This document shows, piece after piece, positions 35,263 to 40,128 of a DNA stretch of 40,128 bases. Position numbers and translations under genes: made by a program. The stretch comes from an uncultured Eubacteriales bacterium (lineage in GTDB: Bacteria; Bacillota; Clostridia; Christensenellales; Borkfalkiaceae): NCBI GenBank assembly GCA_900554485.1, contig USHO01000001.1, positions 1 through 40,128 on the forward strand, in the 5' to 3' direction. Within the stretch, counting starts at the first letter, position 1. Each line of letters starts with the position of its first letter. A model generated the notes under the pieces. That model was not told the DNA's origin. It did not search any database and saw only the letters and a program-made list of their open reading frames with translations.

Positions 35263-35305
35263 AACGCGTTGTTTTGCAAATTTTTGCAAAACAACGCGTT
35301 TTTTC
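35263..35305 (+). terminator. Strong intrinsic terminator
   Basis: Perfect 17-bp stem AACGCGTTGTTTTGCAA (35263-35279) / TTGCAAAACAACGCGTT (35284-35300), 4-nt loop, then TTTT. Confidence 0.88.
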
Positions 35306-35326
35306 TTGTATTCCATTGTCAGAGAG

Positions 35327-35355
35327 TTGAAAAAAAAATGTAAAAGTGTTAAAAT
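35327..35355 (+). promoter_or_regulatory. Extended -10 promoter placed for a leaderless transcript
   Basis: TTGAAA (35327-35332), 17-nt spacer, TG (35347-35348), TAAAAT (35350-35355). ATG at 35362 is only 6 nt past the -10, and the intervening TTCCCT carries no SD. Confidence 0.5.
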
Positions 35356-35361
35356 TTCCCT

Positions 35362-36063
35362 ATGAAAATTTATGCGATAAGCGACCTGCATATCAGTGGC
35401 GACGGAAGTAAGCCGATGGATGTTTTCGGTGGAAAATGGGTCGGATATTTACCTAAAATTGCAACCGACTGGCAAAGTAAAGTCGGGGATGACGATGTCG
35501 TGCTTATAGGCGGAGATATCAGTTGGGCAATGGACTTACCCGACGCCGTAAGGGATATAAACGGATTTTTCGGTTCGCTTAAAGGTAAAAAAATATTTAT
35601 TCGCGGAAATCACGATTATTGGTGGAAAAGTATTTCCCGCGTGCGTGCATCGTTCGACGATCGCTATTGCTTTTTACAGAACGATTGTGTCAGGTTGGGC
35701 AGATTTATTATTTGCGGATCGCGGGGGTGGAGCGTCGAGGGCTCGCCGGATTTCAAAGAACAAGACAGAAAAATATATTATCGCGAAGTCGAGCGTTTAA
35801 GATTGGGGTTTTCGCGTGTAAATCAAATTAAAAAAGACGGCGACGAAATTATATGTATGGTACATTATCCTCCGTTCAACGCGCGTCGCGAAGATTCTCT
35901 TTTTACAGAGCTGTTCGAGCAGAACGGCGTACGCAGAGTAATATACGGACATTTGCACGGTAACGAAAGTCGCGCGGATGCCCAAATAATTAAAAACGGT
36001 ATAACGTATTATCTTACTTCGTGCGATCAGGTAAATAATAAACTGACGCTTATAGCGGATTGA
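35362..36063 (+). CDS. Calcineurin-like metallophosphoesterase
   Basis: Motifs ISDLH, GGDISW, RGNHDYWW, VHYPP, YGHLHG in canonical order. Confidence 0.85.
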   Translation: MKIYAISDLHISGDGSKPMDVFGGKWVGYLPKIATDWQSKVGDDDVVLIGGDISWAMDLPDAVRDINGFFGSLKGKKIFIRGNHDYWWKSISRVRASFDDRYCFLQNDCVRLGRFIICGSRGWSVEGSPDFKEQDRKIYYREVERLRLGFSRVNQIKKDGDEIICMVHYPPFNARREDSLFTELFEQNGVRRVIYGHLHGNESRADAQIIKNGITYYLTSCDQVNNKLTLIAD

Positions 36064-36137
36064 AGACGATTTTTGTAACATTTCGATAATCTTGTTTTTA
36101 CAGGTTATCTATAATAAATATTTATCGAGGCGCACAT

Positions 36138-37247
36138 ATGACCTTCAAAGAAACCGTAAAAAAATATGCCGATCGCTGGTTTATCAAAGCGTTCAGCGGT
36201 ATGGCACAGGGACTTTTCTGCACGTTGATTGCGGGAACTATTTTCGAGCAGATCGGCAAATGGTTCGGAAATACCGCATTTGCCGAAATTGTTATATCTA
36301 TTGCTAAAATCGCAAAAAGTGCAATGGGGTTCGGTATAGGTGTAGGTATAGCAAACGCTCTCGGGGCGAAAAAATTGACTTTATTTTCATGCGGTGTTGC
36401 GGGATTTGTCGGAGCGTTTGCGAAAGGAGCGGTCCTCGGTAATCTTACATTTAGTCTCGGCGCACCGGGCAATCCTGTCGGCGCGTATGTCGTATCGTTG
36501 CTTTGTGTCGAGATAGTGTCTTTGTATGAAGGGAAAACAAAATTCGATATTCTCATCGTTCCGCTCGGTTCGCTGATTTTATGTCTTGGCGGAATATATC
36601 TTGCTTATCCGTTTATCTGGCTTATCGACGAACTCGGAATTCTGATAGCAAAGGCTACTACCGTTACCCCGTTTTTTATGGGTATAATCGTTTCCGTTGT
36701 TATGGGTATACTTCTGACAATGCCGACGTCTTCTGCCGCTATCTGGGCGTCCGTCGCGCAATCTATTGCAGAAAAATATGCGAACGGAGAGTGTGGTGCT
36801 GAGTTGTATGACGCTATGCTTATAGCGGGCGGTGCCGCTGTGGTAGGGTGCTCGTGCCATATGATAGGATTTGCCGTTGCGTCTTTCCGCGAAAACGGGG
36901 TGTCGGGGCTGATTTCGCAAGGTGTGGGTACAAGTATGTTGCAAATCCCTAATATCATGAAAAAACCGATAATAATGTTGCCGGAAGTTATAGCAAGCGC
37001 GATATTGGGTCCTGTATCGACTTGTGTGTTCGGACTCAGATGTAATGCTGCCGGCGGCGGAATGGGGACAAGCGGTCTTGTCGGTGTGTTCGGTACCGTT
37101 GATGCAAGTACGATGCTTGAACCATGGTTACTCGGTCTTGGTATCGCGCTTTTAATGTTCGTATTGCCTGCGATTATTTGTTTCGGATTGTCGGAATTAT
37201 TCAGAAAACTCGGTTGGATATCTTTTGGCGATCAGAAGTTGGATTAA
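36138..37247 (+). CDS. PTS EIIC-domain-like membrane protein (PfoR-like)
   Basis: 369 aa, Gly-rich polytopic (GFGIGVGIANALGA, GGGMGTSGLVGVFG). Resembles the orphan EIIC/PfoR family. No EIIA, EIIB or HPr gene nearby. Confidence 0.55.
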   Translation: MTFKETVKKYADRWFIKAFSGMAQGLFCTLIAGTIFEQIGKWFGNTAFAEIVISIAKIAKSAMGFGIGVGIANALGAKKLTLFSCGVAGFVGAFAKGAVLGNLTFSLGAPGNPVGAYVVSLLCVEIVSLYEGKTKFDILIVPLGSLILCLGGIYLAYPFIWLIDELGILIAKATTVTPFFMGIIVSVVMGILLTMPTSSAAIWASVAQSIAEKYANGECGAELYDAMLIAGGAAVVGCSCHMIGFAVASFRENGVSGLISQGVGTSMLQIPNIMKKPIIMLPEVIASAILGPVSTCVFGLRCNAAGGGMGTSGLVGVFGTVDASTMLEPWLLGLGIALLMFVLPAIICFGLSELFRKLGWISFGDQKLD

Positions 37248-37272
37248 ATAACTTGTTTTCATAAAATCGAAG

Positions 37273-37301
37273 AGCCTCTCATATTTTAATGAGGGGCTTT
37301 T
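37273..37301 (+). terminator. Intrinsic terminator after EIIC-like gene
   Basis: AGCCTCTCAT (37273-37282) pairs with ATGAGGGGCT (37289-37298, one G-U), then TTTTATT. The right arm also supplies a GAGGGG SD-like sequence for yabP. Confidence 0.65.
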
Positions 37302-37304
37302 ATT

Positions 37305-37565
37305 ATGGAACAGACTAAAAATCACATAGTAAATATAGACAATCGAAACGCATTATCGGCAAGCGGAATTTCGGATGTTACGTCTTTTAACGAACGCGAA
37401 GTCAGGCTGACTCTGTGCGGCGGAGGAAAGATGGTTATATCGGGCGACGCGATGAAGATAGACGGATTCTCAAAACAGACAGGGGAAGTCCGGCTCGGCG
37501 GGCGGATTTATGCTGTTAAGTATTCCGATATGGCTATTCCTTCGGTAAAAAAGTTTTTTAAGTAA
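37305..37565 (+). CDS. yabP: Sporulation protein YabP
   Basis: 86 aa. IVNIDNRNALSASGISDVTSFNEREVRL...GDAMKIDGFSKQTGEVRLGGRI matches the YabP family pattern. Followed by yabQ-divIC as in Bacillus. Confidence 0.78.
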   Translation: MEQTKNHIVNIDNRNALSASGISDVTSFNEREVRLTLCGGGKMVISGDAMKIDGFSKQTGEVRLGGRIYAVKYSDMAIPSVKKFFK

Positions 37566-38068
37566 TGTTTGTTTCGTCCGGTCAGTTCTATTGTTTTGCC
37601 GAGTGCTTGTTTATAGGGGCGGTTGCGGGAATTATAAGCGAAATATTATTGATTTTAGTCCCTGCAGTATTACGTTTGTCGGTTGTTTCGCAGATTGTAT
37701 GGTTTCTTCGTTATGCGATAGTTGCCGTAACGTATTATTTCTTGTCGTTTTATTATCGATTCCCGTCGTTCAGGCTGTATATGCCGGCAGGCGTAATACT
37801 CGGTAACACTCTCGAATATGCAACGGTGCATAAAACGCTTGCAAAATCAGTCGAAATATGCTATAATAAAATTGTAAAATATTTACGGAGCAAACGGAAT
37901 GACCGAAAGAAAAATGAGAAAACTCGTAACCGCGGGTACGGCACTCGCCGTGGTCGTGCTTTTCTTTCTGATAATCGTACTCGTGTGGCAGATGGCTGCG
38001 TTGTCCTCGAAAAAGCGCGAGGTCGAAAGAAAACACGCGGAATACGAAGAACTTTTGGAAAAGAATAA
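37565..38068 (+). CDS. yabQ: Spore cortex biosynthesis protein YabQ-like, with long basic tail
   Basis: ATG overlaps the yabP TAA by 1 nt. Three hydrophobic helices in the first ~90 aa. The R/K-rich C-terminal ~75 aa runs 170 nt into divIC in another frame. Confidence 0.6.
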   Translation: MFVSSGQFYCFAECLFIGAVAGIISEILLILVPAVLRLSVVSQIVWFLRYAIVAVTYYFLSFYYRFPSFRLYMPAGVILGNTLEYATVHKTLAKSVEICYNKIVKYLRSKRNDRKKNEKTRNRGYGTRRGRAFLSDNRTRVADGCVVLEKARGRKKTRGIRRTFGKE

Positions 38069-38156
38069 AGACCGTGCCGATTGGCTCAAGTTTATTAAGA
38101 GCCCTGAAGGCAAATTGTGGCTTGCCCACAGATACGGATACACAGAAACGCAATGA
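37899..38156 (+). CDS. divIC: Septum formation initiator (DivIC/FtsB family)
   Basis: 85 aa. Single N-terminal TM (LVTAGTALAVVVLFFLIIVLVW), then a coiled coil (KKREVERKHAEYEELLEKNK). GGAG 8 nt upstream. Synteny after yabP-yabQ. Confidence 0.68.
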   Translation: MTERKMRKLVTAGTALAVVVLFFLIIVLVWQMAALSSKKREVERKHAEYEELLEKNKDRADWLKFIKSPEGKLWLAHRYGYTETQ

Positions 38157-39037
38157 AAACAACAGGCATAATAGATATCGGTTCAAATTCCGTCCGCGCG
38201 CGTGTTTTCGCGGACGGAAAAATTGTATATAACGGACTTTATACCACAAGGCTCGGCGAAGGATTGGCGACGGGTAACCGTCTGACTGCCGAATCCGAGA
38301 GGCGTACGATCGATGCCGTTGATTTACTCGTAAAAGCAATGAGAAGTGCCGGGGCTGAAGATGTATATGCTTTTGCGACGGAGGCTGTACGATGTGCGGA
38401 AAACGGCAGAGAGTTTGCCGCCGAATGTGAAAAATATACAGGAATTCCGATAGATGTCGTAGACGGAGACGAGGAGGGGGAACTGGCTCTGTTAGGTGCT
38501 GTTGACGGCGGAACCGGAGGAGTTATCGACATCGGCGGTGCGAGTGCCGAAATCAGCGTGGTAAAGGATAAAAAAATAATTTATTCGCATTCCCTTCCGC
38601 TTGGGGCTGTCAGACTGTACGGAATGTGCGGCGAAGACGAAGACGGACTAAAAAAAATTATAAACAAAAGAATCGGCGAATACGGCAATGTACCTCACGA
38701 TGTTCGGTTTTGTGCTGTCGGAGGAACGGCGACGACAGTTGCCGCATTGGATATAGGGCTTGAAAAATATGATGCGGATCGGGTTGACGGGCATATATTG
38801 AGTTTTGACGCGGTGGCAAGAGATTATGCTCTTATTAAATCGCATGATAAATCGGAACGAATCTCCGTTCTCGGTATAAATGAAAAACGCGCCGACATTA
38901 TTCCGTGCGGGGCTTATATGTTGTTGTCTATAATGCGTCGGTTCGATATAGGGCAGGTGGTCGTAAGCGAAAGTGATAACTTGCTCGGGTACTTGAAAAA
39001 ACGCGTATACGGAGACGGATATGAAAAACAATGCTGA
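38153..39037 (+). CDS. Ppx/GppA-family phosphatase (N-terminal ASKHA domains only)
   Basis: IIDIGSNSVRARVF, FATEAVRCAENG, DIGGASAEIS. ATGA overlap with divIC. The ORF-track start at 38117 lies inside divIC. Confidence 0.85.
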   Translation: MKTTGIIDIGSNSVRARVFADGKIVYNGLYTTRLGEGLATGNRLTAESERRTIDAVDLLVKAMRSAGAEDVYAFATEAVRCAENGREFAAECEKYTGIPIDVVDGDEEGELALLGAVDGGTGGVIDIGGASAEISVVKDKKIIYSHSLPLGAVRLYGMCGEDEDGLKKIINKRIGEYGNVPHDVRFCAVGGTATTVAALDIGLEKYDADRVDGHILSFDAVARDYALIKSHDKSERISVLGINEKRADIIPCGAYMLLSIMRRFDIGQVVVSESDNLLGYLKKRVYGDGYEKQC

Positions 39038-40067
39038 ATCGGTGATGAAAGTCATTGCAATATATGTCGTCGGTATAGCGTTTTCTCTATTTAATATCTG
39101 GGGGTTGATCCGTTTATACGGAGATATTAACCTGATCTGGATTTCGGCGGCAGGGTTACCGATTTTATCGATACTTTTTGCCGTTTTACATGAACTCGGG
39201 CATTTAGCGGTTGCAAAGATCGGGAGATTTGAAATTATTAAATTTTCAGTCCTGTGTTTTTCTTACGATAAACGTAAAAAACGCAGATTCTCTCTTTCTT
39301 TTTCGAGGAATAATCTCGGCGAGACGATTTTTATTCCGAAAAAAATAAGTACACGCGAAGGCGAAAATGCAAGCGTGTTTATAAATATAGCGCTTGGCGG
39401 GCTTATCGTGTCCGTTGTGTGTTGTATTATATTTGCGGCTTTGTTTATCGTTATATCAAATGCTTACGCAAGGTCGATTCTGGCATGTTTTCCGATTACG
39501 CTTGCGTTTCTTGCATTGAACGGAATAAACGGTGTTTTTCACGATTCCGATGCGTCGGTGATTCGGTCTTTAAGCGATTTTTCTTCCGTAACGTGTTTTG
39601 ACGGATACATGAACGTTCTTACGGAACTGCGGCGCGGTAAGACTTACGGTGAAATTGAAGAGCAGTATTTCTGCGGTCATTGCGGAATCGGGTCGGTGAA
39701 CGATGCTATGAGACTTTTCGCAATGCGCAGATATGAAGAACTCGGCGATTATCCGGCAGCGCGCAATGTAATCGACGAATTATCTGTTGCCGATATTGAC
39801 GGTTCGGCGGAAGTGCAAGCCGAAATCGCTTGTGTCGCATACTTGTCCGGAGACGACGAACTTTTTAACAAATATTCTGTGGTTGTCAAAAGGCTTGACG
39901 GGATAAACGAACCGTTTGCCGAAAGGGCGCGCATTGCTGCCGCTAAAAAAAGAGGAGATAACGATTATATAAAAATTGCCATAAAAACAGCCGTTAAATC
40001 ATGTGACGAAGAATTCTTTACGGGTGACGGAAAATTTAATAAAATAATAATCGAAAGGCTGTCATAA
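39021..40067 (+). CDS. Polytopic membrane protein with intramembrane HExxH (site-2 protease/M50-like) and soluble C-terminal domain
   Basis: LSILFAVLHELGHLAV lies within a predicted TM helix. A later LALNGINGVFHDSDAS lies in another TM helix. C-terminal ~150 aa are helical and soluble. GGAG 6 nt upstream. Overlaps the ppx-like gene by 17 nt. Confidence 0.55.
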   Translation: MKNNAESVMKVIAIYVVGIAFSLFNIWGLIRLYGDINLIWISAAGLPILSILFAVLHELGHLAVAKIGRFEIIKFSVLCFSYDKRKKRRFSLSFSRNNLGETIFIPKKISTREGENASVFINIALGGLIVSVVCCIIFAALFIVISNAYARSILACFPITLAFLALNGINGVFHDSDASVIRSLSDFSSVTCFDGYMNVLTELRRGKTYGEIEEQYFCGHCGIGSVNDAMRLFAMRRYEELGDYPAARNVIDELSVADIDGSAEVQAEIACVAYLSGDDELFNKYSVVVKRLDGINEPFAERARIAAAKKRGDNDYIKIAIKTAVKSCDEEFFTGDGKFNKIIIERLS

Positions 40068-40081
40068 CGACGGTCTTTTTT
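40056..40081 (+). terminator. Weak candidate terminator
   Basis: AGGCTGTC (40056-40063) pairs with GACGGTCT (40069-40076, two G-U pairs), and the loop contains the stop codon. Followed by a T-run. Confidence 0.4.
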
Positions 40082-40128
40082 CATCTTGCGAAAAGACTTT
40101 GTAAAATTGCTTTACTTATTTTCTATAA

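Noticed and set aside
1435-39037. N-terminal extensions in the ORF track (plsX 1435, rnc 2454, ftsY 6874, gerC 9727, kinase 12238, ABC 15285 and 17076, zinc ribbon 25885, radical SAM 33143, ppx 38117)
   Set aside because: Each extension runs into the upstream gene or a promoter element and lacks an SD. Internal ATG or TTG starts with an SD and family-typical N-termini were preferred.
1-40128. CRISPR arrays, tRNA/rRNA genes, tandem repeats, IS elements
   Set aside because: I inspected every intergenic region by eye, including all of those longer than 40 nt. None shows repeat-spacer periodicity, cloverleaf-compatible sequence or transposase fragments. A tRNAscan, Infernal and repeat-finder run would be needed to exclude small or degenerate elements.

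Overview
About 40 kb of chromosomal backbone from an endospore-forming Firmicute, Clostridia-like by gene content, with mid-40s % GC by eye in the core genes. I call 37 CDS, densely packed, many of them translationally coupled through ATGA-type overlaps. Conserved blocks in order: asnS; plsX-rnc-smc-ftsY; a GerA-type germinant receptor operon (minus strand); an APH-fold sugar kinase plus an MFS transporter; marR plus a heterodimeric ABC exporter; an orphan lipoprotein; dGTPase-like-dnaG-sigA-trmK-NIF3-zinc ribbon (the classic macromolecular-synthesis neighbourhood); an MFS/GPH-like transporter; spmB-spmA (minus strand); metG-tatD-radical SAM-rsmA; an orphan 212-aa protein; a metallophosphoesterase; an EIIC-like membrane protein; yabP-yabQ-divIC-Ppx/GppA; and an HExxH membrane protein. 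I saw no rRNA, tRNA, CRISPR array, transposase, integrase or long repeat. I cannot support a multi-gene novel system here, since most of the window is ordinary core genome. Three spots look accessory or unexplained. (1) A low-GC stand-alone gene (28398-29249) has an unrecognised N-terminal domain fused to a complete C-terminal GIY-YIG nuclease, and it is wedged with almost no spacer between two core genes. (2) A terminator-insulated two-gene cassette (7873-8405) has a leaderless XRE repressor divergent from a small two-TM protein, across a 104-bp switch region packed with repeated AGGTCAA half-sites. (3) A strongly expressed-looking monocistronic Cys-containing orphan lies at 34611-35249. Smaller oddities are listed separately: a leaderless mRNA, a 170-nt out-of-frame gene overlap, a GerC subunit without a lipobox Cys, and an MFS transporter with a large external insert. 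All homology statements rest on motif recognition by eye, not on searches.
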